From Macrostomum lignano (taxonomy: Eukaryota): a stretch of DNA of 64,000 nt. Shown here one piece after another: positions 12,651-26,070 of the stretch; within the stretch, counting starts at the first letter, position 1, and each line of letters starts with the position of its first letter. The notes under the pieces are model-generated. The model was not told the DNA's origin. It did no database searches and worked only from the letters and a program-made list of their open reading frames with translations. The stretch covers positions 124,001-188,000 of the forward strand of contig NIVC01001737.1 of assembly GCA_002269645.1 (NCBI GenBank), written 5' to 3'. Both the position numbers and the translations under genes were made by a program.

Positions 12651-13244
12651 TGCTAGCGAGTCCGACCTCGCCCAGAGATACTGATGACAAAATTCTGGCA
12701 GTGCAGAGGATTTGGCATGTCAAACCAGCTTAAGGGTTCCGTCGAAAGACGGTCAAATTGGAGGGGAAAAATTTTTAGGAGAGTCTTCTAAATCCCCACT
12801 CTCCTTCTGCCCGCCGTGCTCAAATCCCATTTAGCTGATCGGAGAAGTTTTATGGCGATGGCTCTGTGTTTTCGAGTCCGATTCGAGCCGGACGAAGGAC
12901 TGGGAGGAAAAAATGCGGCAGAGAATAAAATCCCAGCAAGATCCATGCTGGCAATGGGAACTTTCAACCGGATTTGCTTAATCCTCATTTTTTCGAAGAG
13001 GGGGTCCCGCCTCCCGGTTCTCCCATTTCTCCCATTCGTTTCTCTGCTAGTGAAATCGCACTGAAAATTCTCCCCCAACTGGGAACTGACAGGTCTGAGA
13101 CCCTCTGACGAGATTGGGTGGCCCGGGTTCGATTCTCTTTACTATATCTAGCCTCTTAGTCCGAGGACTGCTGACTTCTCACAGCAGGGGGGCGAATTAT
13201 GGATCTTAGAACACCAGACTAATAGAGCATAGGATAAGGGTATA

Positions 13245-13765
13245 ATGTAGGACAGAATAGAACACACAGGACAGGTAGAACAAAGGACAGATAGAACACA
13301 GGACAGATAGAACTCAGGACAAATAGAACTCAGGACAGATAGAACACAGGACAGATAGAACTCAGGACAGATAGAACACAGGACAGATAGAACTCAGGAC
13401 AAATAGAACTCAGGACAAATAGAACTCAGGACAGATAGAACTCAGGACAAATAGAACTCAGGACAAATAGAACACACAGGACAGATAGAACTCAGGACAA
13501 ATAGAACTCAGGACAAATAGAACTCAGGACAGATAGAACTCAGGACAAATAGAACTCAGGACAGATAGAACACAGGACAGATAGAACTCAGGACAAATAG
13601 AACTCAGGACAAATAGAACACACAGGACAGATAGAACTCAGGACAGATAGAACACAGGACAGATAGAACTCAGGACAGATAGAACACAGGACAGATAGAA
13701 CACAGGACAGATAGAACTCAGGACAGATAGAACTCAGGACAGATAGAACACAGGACAGATAAAAG
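13245..13765. repeat. Minisatellite, 16-bp unit (caggacagatagaact)
   Basis: Unit read directly. Confidence 0.93.
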
Positions 13766-15404
13766 ACACTTACAGGGAATTAATAGTACAAAGATACTGT
13801 CAGCTACTGCTGACTAATTACAAAAATAACATTATCAACAATGTCATAAAAGACTCAGAGAAGGGGTCGAGAAGGCTAAGATGGAGGCCTCTATATTTAC
13901 AGCTATAATATTAGGCCTGAAATCGGCTTAAGCATTAACTGTACACCTGGGAGCATAGCTTAATACCTTGGGGACCTCGCTGATGCAGGGAATCATCATC
14001 TGGGAGGGTGGGGGTGACTGGTGGGCAAAAAGGGGATTAAGGCGAATCCGCTGTTGCCACACCGCTGGCTCGGGAAATGCCGAGGTGCTTCGAAGATGGG
14101 GAACGGGGTTGCAGGCGAAATAGGAGGGGGAAAATGAGCCTATTGAGGATTACAAGCCTGTCCTATCCTGTGTGCAGTGGGAGATTTTCTAATCCCCCCT
14201 CTATGCGGCGTATTTTGGAGTAGAAGAGGGCGGCAGGCAGTCGAGCAGCACAGAGAGGACGGCCCTTCGCATACACGGTGGAGCTGCGCTGCTCTGTGTC
14301 CCAGCATCCTCCATCTATCTATCTCATGCTGTCTGTCTGGCATGACTGGCTTGGGTGCAATGCGCGTGTTCTGCGTTAAGGTTCAGCTGAATATTATTAT
14401 TCTTTTCTATATGCGTATTTATAGATGCTTGTTTTATACATGGCGTACTAATCAACTTCTTAGATATATAGGTGCTGGTTGACCAATGCTGAATGCGAAA
14501 TTGAATTGTTTTATTTCTTTCTGTCTTCTCTAGTTCTCTTCCTCTCACTCTCACTCTCCATCTCACTCTCTCCTTCTCAATCTCGCTCTGTTCTTTTCCC
14601 TTTCACTCTCCGTCTCAATCTCTTTCTTTCCCGCACTCTCTCCCTCTCTCCTCACTCTCTCCCTCTCCCCTCACACTCACCCTCTCCTCTCACTCTCTCC
14701 CTCTCCCCTCACTCTCTCCTTCTCCCTCTCACTGTCTCCCTCTCCCTCTCTCCCTCTCTATCTCACTTTCTCCTTCTCCATATTCTTTTTTGCCTCAAAG
14801 TCCCTCTCCCTATCTTCTGTCTCTGCCTTTCCGTCTTTTTCTCTCCATCAGGCATTCGCCCAGTCGTAGAATGCATTTTCCCAGAGAAAATGCCAGTCCG
14901 TCTCCTTGCTGTCTGAGTTCGGGAAATATCTGTTTTTCTTCTCGGTACACAAACTCGCCAGCCGTTGAACGGAGGAAAAGGCAGCGCTGCCCCAGTCTGT
15001 AAGGAAATATAACATCCTATGAATGAAAGATTGGGATTTTGAGATAACATCTTGCCAAGACGTGGCCCCGAGGATTAAAAGCGAAGAGGGTTTATGCAGT
15101 GTAAGAGAAAGGGGAAGAGAGAAGAGGCTGGGAGTCACTTTGGCTGGCTTTGAGCCTTCGACTTTGGTGGTCAATTGGCGGGGGTACGAAGGCTGAGCAA
15201 GGAGGGATCAATAATACTCTTCGAGCAGGGCAGAAAAAAAAGAGCTGGGAAGTGAAGGTTGCGGAAAATCTAGAGCCGTGAAAAGTTTCATATTATTCTT
15301 GAATTTGCGGACTTTGATATTTTTGGGCTCAAATTTTGAATGATCTTTCAGGAAGATCATTGACCTTTCCTGTCTCTCTAACCTTTATCCTCTCGTACTC
15401 TCTC

Positions 15405-16265
15405 CTTCCCTCCCATACCCTCTCCTACTGTTTCATAACCTCTACTACCCTCCCATACCCTCTCATACCCTCTCCTACCCTCCTCTACCCTAAAATACCC
15501 TCTCATACCCTCCCATAGCCTCTCCTACCCTCCCATACCCTCTCCTACCCTGCAATACCCTCTCCTACTGTTTCATACCTCTCCTACACTTCAATAACCT
15601 CTCCTACTGTTTCATACCCTCTCCTACTGTTTCATAACCTCTACTACCCTCCCATACCTCTCCTACCCTCTACTACCCTCCTCTACCCTAACATACCCTC
15701 TCATACCCTCCTATACCCTCTCCTACCCTGCCATACCCTCTCCTACTGTTTCATACCCTCTCCTACTGTTTCATACCCTCTCCTACTGTTTCATACTCTC
15801 TCCTACTGTTTCATACCCCCTCCTACTGTTTCATACCCTCTACTACCCTCCCATACCCTCTCCTACCCTGCCATACCCTCTCCTACCCTGCCATACCCTC
15901 TCCTACCCTGCCATACCCTCTCCTACCCTGCCATACCCTCTCCTACCCTGCCATACCCTCTCCTACCCTGCCATACCCTCTCCTACCCTGCCATACCCTC
16001 TCCTACCCTGCCATACCCTCTCCTACCCTGCCATACCCTCTCCTACCCTGCCATACCCTCTCCTACTGTTTCATACCCTCTCCTACTGTTTCATACCCTC
16101 TCCTACTATTTCATACCCTTTTCTACCCTCCCATACCCTCTCCTACTGTTTCATACCCTCTCATACCCTCTCATACCCTCTCATACCCTCTCCTACTGTT
16201 TCATACCCTCTCATATCCTCTCATACCCTCTCATACCCTCTCATACCCTCTCATATCATCTCATA
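15405..16265. repeat. Minisatellite, 20-bp unit (ccataccctctcctaccctg and variants)
   Basis: Unit read directly. Confidence 0.92.
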
Positions 16266-17888
16266 CCTTCTCTTCTTCCCTCTCTGCCGTTACCGCTCTC
16301 TTACACCTATCGCACATTGTCCTAGACTCATCACTTCTTAAACCCCATTTTCTGTCTTCTTAACCAACCCGCCCAACCACCTTCGGTCCATTCTTCAGCA
16401 CACCATCCTCAGTCCCATAGTTACCCATGGCATCGCGAATCTTTGACCTAGTGTTATTTTTGGCCAGCTTAGCAGCCCAGATAATCAATCGACACCTAAC
16501 CCCGATTTGTTCTTGATCTGTGGCAGACAGTTTTTTGTTAGCTCGCAGTTGTCAAGCGGCCAGCTTTGGACGGAACAAAAGAGCGCCAGAATGTCAGGAA
16601 ATCAAGATCTCTGCTCCCGGGAAAGAAAACTTATACAGCAAGGTGCAAAGGGTCCTTCTTCTTGGTATAAGTAATGGATGGATATTCCCTTGACAAAAAG
16701 ACAAACACAACTTTGCTGATGCGACTTTGTTTTCTTTCTAAGGATAGATGCATGGACTACTAAGAGCTCATCTGGACTGGAGGATGGGTAGAAAGAAACC
16801 AGTTTACTTTATGACACAAGATTAAAAAGCTTTTAAATTAGTTTGCGAAATTCCTTTCCCAAGATTTAAATAATTATTTTTTGCGTGGGCCTGATAAAAA
16901 ATATCGATCATGGCTGCAAGTCAGATGAGAGTGGAGAAGAGAGGCAAGAGAGGGGAGATGAGAGGAGAGTGTTGAGGGGAGAGGCAGGAGAGTAGAAAGT
17001 AGAGAGAAAAGAAAAGACAGAGAGAAGATGAGAGGATAGATGAGACAAGGTATGAAAGGAGAGAAAGATGAGAGCTAATATAAGAGGACAGAAAGGAAAA
17101 GAAAGAGAAGAGAGGTGAGAAGAGACACAAACCTTGAGCGGGCCGGATTGCTATTGTGAAATTTCAAAGCACCCGAGGTCCGGGGTTCGCGGACCCATTG
17201 TGATAAAGCAAGATTTAGCAAGCATTCCTGCCTGGTTTCCAGTCCAGATAAACAAGTATTCAAAGTCCCCGACGACCACGCGCGCGAGACTTCGCGTAAA
17301 ACTGGGACAAAAAGATCCGGCGCTTGAAAAAACTCTCCCTGTTAAGCTTCATCAGTTTGCGGTAAAGGAAGCGGAACAGCCACAGATAGCCATCAAATAC
17401 CCGCCTTCACGTCCTGCTTTGCTCCACTTTTGGCTCTGCAGAACTTGCTATGAAAAGAAGAATAAAGGCAATAGAAAATGCTGCTTAGAATAACAAGGTT
17501 AAAAAAATCCGTTGTCTCTCTGGGGGGTGAAAGGGGCGGGCTGTATTTTTTCTGGCTTCTTGGCCTCCCCGCCGCCCCGGTAACACCTTCCAGTCTCCTT
17601 CCAGTCTAGAGGGGATGGCGATCCGTCTATCTTACCTAGCCAATCAAACTAATTAGTAAGCCAATTTCAACTGCAGCAGGTTCGATTTCAAATCTACATT
17701 ATTATTATTATTATCATTATTTATTACCGTCTTCTCTTCCAGCCAGTTTTTATCTTTAGCTGAAATCTTTATAAAAACTCTTTGTTCACCCCAATTCTGG
17801 GACGGATGGTCTACCCGACAATGGTTATTATTGTTATTATTAGCTATAATATATTTATTTAAAGTTGTAAAGTGGTAGAGAAAGTCTT

Positions 17889-17948
<60 letters not shown>

Positions 17949-18455
17949 AGGGGCACTCATTTTGGCGCCACAGGCACTCATTTTGGCGCCGTAGGCACTC
18001 ATTTTGGCGCCGTAGGTATTCATTTTGGCGCCGCAGGCACTCATTTTGGCGCCGTAGGTATTCATTTTGGCGCCACAGGCACTCATTTTGGCGCCGCAGG
18101 CACTCATTTTGGCGCCGCAGGCACTCATTTTGGCGCCACAGGCACTCATTTTGGCGCCACAGGCACTCATTTTGACGCCGCAGGCACTCATTTTGGCACC
18201 ACAGGCACTCATTTTGGCGCCACAGGCACTCATTTTGGCGCCACAGGCACTCATTTTGGCGCCGCAGGCACTCATTTTGACGCCGCAGGCATTCATTTTG
18301 GCGCCGTAGGCACTCATTTTGGCGCCGCAGGCACTCATTTTGGCGCCGCAGGCACTCATTTTGGCGCCGCAGGCACTCATTTTGGCGCCGCAGGCACTCA
18401 TTTTGGCGCCGCAGGCACTCATTTTGGCGCCGCAGGCACTCAATTTGGCGCCCTG
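17889..18455. repeat. (GA)n tract followed by a 21-bp minisatellite (ggcactcattttggcgccgca)
   Basis: Unit read directly; 7-aa periodic ORFs. Confidence 0.93.
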
Positions 18456-19289
18456 AAGCAAAATTATTGATTTCCACAACGAGTCCCAGGGTGGGGTGGG
18501 GAAAAACATTGGCATGCTCCCCCCCCGATTGCTTTTATTGCTTTCCCCGGTGGCGACGTCCCACGGCTCACAATTTCAAATTTCAAATTTCAATTCAAAC
18601 TTTGTCTACCCACACTTTTCTCTCTGTTCTGTCCAGATATTGAATATCAAATGCCCGGCCCTACCCCAGCTAGACTGCAAGACACATCCAGTTTCTTGAA
18701 ATCAATTATCTCAACTGTCAAGAGACCACACAGATTCACGCCATAGTTCAGTGCTCAGTGCCGGCTGCAGGAAGGAAAAGTTTTCGAGTCAAAGTCGTTA
18801 TCGGCCACCTGCCCAGTTTTTCCCTTCTTATTTTCCTGAGTCAAATAATAACCAGTCAGGCTCTGTAGAAGAGGCAACGGCGAGAGAGCTGCTGAAGTGG
18901 CTGAAAGGCTTTATTGGCAGGCCAATTTGTTTTCTGAGTAACTGTCACAACTGGAAGAAGGCGTGTGGACCTGACTGTGTGTAAAGCAGAGAATATATAA
19001 CTGATTTTGAAAGTGTCTTCTCTTTCCTCTCTCACTCTCCCCCTCACTCCCACTTCGCGAAGTGGTCCCCACCGACTCAAGCGTAATCCTTGATGGCCTG
19101 CTGTCTTCTCGCTTGAGTAAGCTGCGACTTAGGGGACTGCTTTCTGGGAAAGCATTCGGTTTTTTTCAGGTTCTCACTATCGCAGAGTTTTTGGTTTCAT
19201 TATGGATGGCTGAGTACTTGGCGTTTGGAATCACAGATATCGATAAAAACTGCGTTTATAACATCCTGTCGTTCCGTTATCATTGAATC

Positions 19290-19710
19290 ATTGCTATCAT
19301 TTCTATCATTTCTATCATTTCTATCATTTCTATCATTCTCTTATTTCTATTATTTCTATCGTTTCTATCATTCTATCATTCTATCATTCTATCATTCTAT
19401 CATTCTATCATTCTATCATTCTATCATTCTATAATTGCTATCATTTCTATCATTTCTATCATTTCTATCATTTCTATCATTCTATTATTTCTATTATTTC
19501 TATCGTTTCTATCATTCTATCATTCTATCATTCTATCATTGCTATCATTTCTATCATTTCTATCATTTCTATCATTTCTATCATTTCTATCATTCTATTA
19601 TTTCTATCATTTCTATCATTTCTATCATTCTATCATTCTGTCATTTCTATCATTCTATCATTCTGTCATTTCTATCATTTCTTGATTCTGTCATTACATC
19701 ATTCTATCCC
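19290..19710. repeat. 8-9-bp satellite (tctatcat / tctatcatt)
   Basis: Unit read directly. Confidence 0.9.
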
Positions 19711-20959
19711 TAACTTTATCTTTTTATTCTCCCAGCGTTCTCTCCCGATTTTCGCACATCATTTCCAAATAGTAATTTCATCATTTACTGGTTTCCATAC
19801 AGTTCTAGGCAGACTCGCATTCTGTGTTAATTCTGGCCGCTGACAAGCCCGGCACCAGATAAGTGAAATTATTCCAATTGTACGCCTCCCTGTGGCCCCT
19901 CATCCCAGCGTTTCGCGTCCCAGCTCTCAGCCTAATGAATCTCCTAATGGGAAAATTGGCTCCATCGTTCCCCATTTCTCCCCCCCCCCCTCGGGACCTT
20001 CGTTGCCAACCTCTCCTCCCCCAGCGCTCCGGCATCATTTTCTAATTTCTATTCGGCCTCGTCGAAATCCGAGACGCTGGCGGGCCAGTCGAATGCTGAA
20101 TTGGCGAGCGGTGTAGAGATAAAAATGTCGGGAAATGTTCTCTCATCATGTTTAATTCTCAACTTGATCGGGCTGGTTTGGTAATTCGGTTACCTCAGTG
20201 GTAATTGCTGCAGGCAGCTGGGGTTCGAGCAACCACATTCGTTTGGCCGAGGGCGGCTGCACAGCCATGTACATGCCTGACGATCAGAAAGTCAACGGGC
20301 CGCTCTGTACACCCAGTGTGAGCACTGCTTGTGAAACGATGTCGTACTCGTAATTTGTTGATCAAACTGAAATCTGCATCCCAACTCAGTTTCCAGTCTC
20401 CTTTAATCCTTCTGTCTCCATCTGTTTGTTCGTTCCTCGACTCGTCTTACAGATTATGGCCGCTCAGATTTACGACTTTCTCCCCAGAAAGAACTCGGAT
20501 CGCTCTGTCACCCCCTCAGTCAACAAAAAGCGCAACGAATCGATATTGCTTAATACGCGTTCAAAGTGACAGATTTCTCGCTTTTTTTCTAGCGCCGCTA
20601 AAAATTGACGCTTGTCAATAAAAACGCTGGCTTGTTAGGGCATTGTCGCAATCTGCTCAGGGGTTAACGCTAATCTGCTTTATTGTCGCGTTCGAATAGG
20701 TTAAGTGTTTCTCATTTCACAGATTTATTTCAACCTCTCACATCTTCTCTAGAAAAGGAATTTTTAAGTATTGCTTAAGAACAGCCTGGTTTGCTCAAAT
20801 TATTTGAGATGCTAAAGAATACAAATGCCCTCATTAATCATTCAGGATGCATCTTCAGGGAATGTAGATATTCCAGTCTGGATATCTGCCTTGATGTTGA
20901 ATAATTTTGAGTCGCATTTTTTGCTCCGATAATTCCTCTTTTCTTGCTTTCTAAGCATG

Positions 20960-22055
20960 TTTCTCAGTGTCTTAGCCAGTGTCTTAGCCAGTGTCTTAGC
21001 CAGTGTCTTAGCCAGTGTCTTAGCCAGTGTCTTAGCCAGTGTCTTAGCCAGTGCCGTAGCCAGTGTCGTAGCCAGTGTCTTAGCCAGTGTCTTAGTGAGT
21101 GTCGTAGCCAGTGTCTTAGCCAGTGTCTTAGCCAGTGTCTTAGCCAGTGTCTTAGCCAGTGTCTTAGCCAGTGTCTTAGCCAGTGTCTTAGCGAGTGTCG
21201 TAGCCAGTGTCTTAGCCAGTGTCTTAGCCAGTGTCGTAGCCAGTGTCTTAGCCAGTGTCTTAGCCAGTGTCGTAGCCAGTGTCTTAGCCAATGTCTTAGC
21301 CAGTGTCTTAGCCAGTGTCTTAGCCAGTGTCTTAGCAGTGTCTTAGCAGTGTCCTAGCAGTGTCTTAGCCAGTGTCTTAGCCAGTGTCTTAGCAGTGTCT
21401 TAGCCAGTGTCGTAGCCAGTGTCTTAGCCAGTGTCTTAGCCAGTGTCTTAGCCAGTGTCTTAGCCAATGTCTTAGCCAGTGTATTAGCCAATGTCTTAGC
21501 CAGTGTCTTAGCCAATGTCTTAGCCAGTGTCTTAGCCAATGTCTTAGCGAGTGTCTTAGCCAATGTCTTAGCCAGTGTCTTAGCCAATGTCTTAGCCAGT
21601 GTCTTAGCCAATGTCTTAGCGAGTGTCTTAGCCAATGTCTTAGCCAGTGTCTTAGCCAATGTCTTAGCCAGTGTCTTAGCCAATGTCTTAGCCAGTGTAT
21701 TAGCCAATGTCTTAGCCAGTGTCTTAGCCAATGTCTTAGCGAGTGTCTTAGCCAATGTCTTAGCCAGTGTCTTAGCCAATGTCTTAGCCAGTGTCTTAGC
21801 CAATGTCTTAGCGAGTGTCTTAGCCAATGTCTTAGCCAGTGTCTTAGCCAATGTCTTAGCCAGTGTCTTAGCCAGTGTCTTAGCCAATGTCTTAGCCAGT
21901 GTCTTAGCCAATGTCTTAGCCAGTGTCTTCGCCAATGTCTTAGCCAGTGTCTTAGCCAATGCCTTAGCCAGTGTCTTAGCCAATGTCTTAGCCAGCTTAT
22001 TAGCCAGTGTCTAAGCCAGCTTATTAGCTAGTTTCTTAGCCAGTGTCTTAGCCAG
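20960..22055. repeat. Minisatellite, 12-bp unit (ccagtgtcttag)
   Basis: Unit read directly. Confidence 0.95.
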
Positions 22056-22784
22056 ACTCAGCTGGATTCAACTTTTCTAGTCTTTAGTAGACTTGCAAAC
22101 GCTATCATATTATTGTGATAATAGAATGTCATATTACGAGTATACTATGGTTATATTTTACAGCGAAGAGAAGAGAGTTAACTAACATCCCATACTAGTG
22201 TATATATTTGCATCTTAGTTGCTCCATCGGGTTCTGAGGTCAGTTATATGAATTACAGGAGCTTGTAAAGACAGACAACAACAAGCAAGAGTCCAGCGCT
22301 TGGCGCTATCAGGAGTAGCCAAGTCCTTCTGCTTTTCGAGTTCGTCTCAGTCTTGAGGCGTTCGAACCAGCCGCTATTCTTTTTATACATGTAAAATGAT
22401 GATGGATGGCTGGAAGCTGCGTGGGAGATACTTTGAGCTATAAGGGGAAGAGCGAGGGGGAGAGAGGGGGAGAGAGTTATATGGGCCATCTGCCTCGGGT
22501 TGTAAAACCAGGAGCAGCCAAGGAGGCTTACAGCCAGAATCTGAAGTAATTATGTCTGTGGTAGAAACTGCCTCTTGGCTTACAGGACTGAGGTGGAGAA
22601 ATCTTCAACACAAATCGATTTCACTTTGGACCATCCCATGAATCCCATGAATGTTCTGTGTCGACCTTCCTAAGCGTTTAGGATCGATGTTTGTCCAATG
22701 GAATATGTTATAGTCTATGGTCCAGAGCTGGCACAACTGCGAAAATCGGCTGTTCTAAACAGACCCCCACTTTTGGCCATAGAT

Positions 22785-22815
22785 CAGGGGTCGGCAATCT
22801 CTGGCCCGTGGGCCA
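22785..22815 (+). mobile_element. 5' terminus of a hAT/Charlie-type non-autonomous DNA transposon (truncated fragment)
   Basis: CAGGGGTCGGCAATCTCTGGCCCGTGGGCC resembles MER58-type Charlie 5' ends; preceded by ccaTAGAt, similar to the Charlie target preference; no matching 3' TIR found. Confidence 0.5.
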
Positions 22816-23867
22816 CTTCTCTATCTGACCCTCGTCTCTCTTCTCTCTCCTCTCCTCTCTCCCCTCTTCTCTCCTCTCCTCTTTCATCTCATCTTCTCTC
22901 TTATTTCTTCTCTCCTTTCACCTTTCATCCTTATCTATCTTCTTATCTTCTCTCTCATCTCATCCCATCTCTTCTCTCATCTCTCATCTCCTTCCTCTTC
23001 TCTCCTCTATTCCCTCCCCCACTAGAGAAATAAACTTGTGGAATTTAACAAACATCGCCTTGCAAGCCAAGTGAAGTTCAGGAGAACGAACTGATGCTCA
23101 TTGGCCACAGAACTGACCGAGCTAACGGGAGCTAGAGATACCGGATATTGAAAACTATAATAATACTGCAAAAGCAAGTTCTGCCAACACAATTTAATCA
23201 ATACCTTCAAAAGTAGCAGGTTATGGATAGCAGCTAGCATAGTGGGGTTTGTATTGACAAGTCTAAACTGTCTATTAAGCTGTATGAGTCATAAAATTGA
23301 AAGAAAAACATGATCAAAACATTTTTTCAGTCGGAGGTAACAGACACAGTGATTAAGTGCTGAGTAGGGGATTAACTGAAAGTTAATAAATTGAGACAGG
23401 AGAGAATTAAAAAGGGTCTAATAGTTATAAGAGGGTTCATTACGCCCCATTAAGCTAATCCAGGTGACCAGGAATTAGACTCCCTTCTTCATCACGTGTC
23501 CCAGCTTGTTAAGCGAAATGTCTCACAGAGGCAGACAGTTAATACCTTCTATCAGCTTCCATCTCTCAGCGCAGTTTTGATCCTCATCATTCTTCCCTAA
23601 GCCTCTTCTGCCTAATCTGCAATCTGCAGAAACTCAGTCCCACCTGAGACGCCTTGACTCTCCAATCGTATATAGTAGCCCCGTGCCTATCCTGCAGCTC
23701 ACGCAATCAGTAACAAGCATGTCTATTGAGCATTTTTAAGCTTGAATAAGTTTTTACATTGATTGCGAAATCTTCTTAGAATCGGAGGCTATGGCTATGG
23801 CTGTATATCCCCTTACTAGAATCCCTACCGTATAACAGGTGCAAGTTTTGAAATTTTGTTCATATTG

Positions 23868-24555
23868 ACTCTCAGCTTCCTCTGTGACTGACTCTCAGTT
23901 TCCTCTGTCACTGACTCAGTTTCCTCTGTCACTGACTCTCAGTGTCCTCTGTCACTGACTCTTCAGTTTCCTCTGTCACTGACTGTCAGTTTCCTGTCAC
24001 TGACGGTCAGTTTTCTCTGTCACTGACTCTCAGTTTCCTCTGTCACTGACTCTTCAGTTTCCTCTGTCACTGACTCTTCAGTTTCCTCTGTCACTGACTC
24101 TTCAGTTTCCTCTGTCACTGACTCTTCAGTTTCCTCTGTCACTGACTCTTCAGTTTCCTCTGTCACTGACTCTTCAGTTTCCTCTGTCACTGACTGTCAG
24201 TTTCCTCTGTCACTGACTGTCAGTTTCCTCTGTCACTGACTGTCAGTTTCCTCTGTCACTGACTGTCAGTTTCCTCTGTCACTGACTGTCAGTTTCCTCT
24301 GTCACTGACTGTCAGTTTCCTCTGTCACTGACTGTCAGTTTTCTGTCACTGACTCTTCAGTTTCCTCTGTCACTGACTCTTCAGTTTCCTCTGTCACTGA
24401 CTCTTCAGTTTCCTCTGTGATTGACTGTCAGTTTTCTCTGTCACTGACTCTTCAGTTTCCTCTGTCACTGACTGTCAGTTTTCTGTCACTGACTGTCAGT
24501 TTCCTGTCACTGACTCTCAGCGTCCTCTGTCACTGACTCTCAGTTTTCTGTCACA
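23868..24555. repeat. Minisatellite, 23-24-bp unit (cactgactcttcagtttcctctgt)
   Basis: Unit read directly. Confidence 0.93.
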
Positions 24556-24683
24556 GTTACCTCTAACTTTAGATTAAGTTCCAATGCTAGAAACTTTTTA
24601 GTGTTTAAAGCGTCACGAAAGATAACCCAGCAACTTAAAAGGAAGTTACACATTCGCAGAAGATGTAAAACTGCGAACCCCCC

Positions 24684-24859
24684 CCCCAAGGGGTCCTTTA
24701 CTTACCTTTACGGTCCAATTAATTTTCACGGCTTTTCAAAGCAGTGGATTTACTGTTCCCAAGGGAACTCAGCCTCCACTCAGTCCCGATGCCACTGGTC
24801 AGCGTATATACGGTCTGTCTAATATCCACCTCTGTCCAAAGACAATTGGTCCCTTGAGA
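24684..24859. promoter_or_regulatory. Cluster of three COE/EBF-type binding sites inside the COE gene (candidate autoregulatory enhancer)
   Basis: CCCCAAGGGG 24684-24693, GTTCCCAAGGGAAC 24755-24768, TCCCTTGAGA 24850-24859; fit the TCCCNNGGGA/TCCCNNGAGA consensus. Confidence 0.55.
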
Positions 24860-25339
24860 AACTCTCGTAACAGCTTCCACAGTGCCCCGTATATAGCTAG
24901 GTAGGTAAAATGCGGTTTATAGGCGAAACTCTGAACAAGGGCCTGCCAATGTAGTGCTGAATTGCGTTGACTATAGATGCTTTCCTCCTCCCTCTTCTGC
25001 TTTGTTATCATAGCTCTGTGTCAGACCCAACACTAACGATATGATAATTTTGCATATTAGGATTCGAGTTTGGTACAATTCGGGTCACCCGCTGGTTCTG
25101 TGATTATTAATAATTTGGCCGTGGTGAATTATTTGTGCGCGTTCTGCAGTCGCCTCCCGCCAGATTGGAAAATTGAGTCTAGTCTCTCTCCTGCCTCTGC
25201 AGCTCATTATCCTGTAATTGTTAGCCGTTATCAATATTTGCAAGACAATTTTTCTCTCGCTTAGTCAGCTGCTCACAGTTCTGCACTGCCAAAATTAGTC
25301 ATTTACTGTGCAAATTGGAATCAGTAGCAGTTCTGTGAG

Positions 25340-26070
25340 TGGTCTATGACTGTTCTATGACTGTTGTATGACTGTTCTATGACTGTTGTATGACTGTTGT
25401 ATGACTGTTGTATGACTGTTGTATGACTGTTGTATGACTGTTCTATGGCTGTTCTATGACTGTTCTATGACTTTTCTATGATTGTTTTATGACTGCACTA
25501 TGACTGTTCTATAACTGTTCTATGATTGTTCTATGACTGTTTTATGACTGTTCTATGACTGTTCTATGACTGTTCTATGACTTTTCTATGATTGTTTTAT
25601 GACTGCACTATGACTGTTCTATAACTGTTCTATGATTGTTCTATGACTGTTTTATGACTGTTGTATGACTGTTTTATGACTGTTGTATGACTGTTGTATG
25701 ACTGTTCTTTGACTGTTTTATGACTGTTGTATGACTGTTGTATGACTGTTGTATGACTGTTCTTTGACTGTTTTATGACTGTTGTATGACTGTTCTATGG
25801 CTGTTGTATGACTGTTCTATGACTTTTCTATGATTGTATTATGACTGCACAATGACTGTTCTATAACTGTTCTATGATTGTTCTATGACTGTTTTATGAC
25901 TGTTGTATGACTGTTTTATGACTGCTGTATGACTGTTGTATGACTGTTCTTTGACTGTTTTATGACTACCATATGACTGTTCTATGAGTGTTATATGAGT
26001 GTTATATGAGTGTTCTATGACTTTTCTATGACTGTTCTATGATTTTTGTACGACTGTTTTATGACTGCTC
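25340..26070. repeat. Minisatellite, 12-bp unit (tatgactgttct / tatgactgttg variants)
   Basis: Unit read directly. Confidence 0.93.

Noticed and set aside
13126-13135. Isolated B-box GGTTCGATTC as a tRNA or SINE
   Set aside because: No A-box or stems found upstream
17948-18456. 21-bp array bounded by CAGGG...CCCTG as a MITE
   Set aside because: Only a 5-bp terminal match and no target-site duplication
20188-20234. tRNA-like segment with A-box-like TACCTCAGTGGT and B-box-like GGTTCGAG
   Set aside because: Box spacing is too short and no full cloverleaf forms; at most a decayed SINE head
22253-22489. Antisense ORF ending in a hydrophobic tail (tail-anchored protein exon)
   Set aside because: No convincing acceptor or linked upstream exons; N-terminal half is low-complexity
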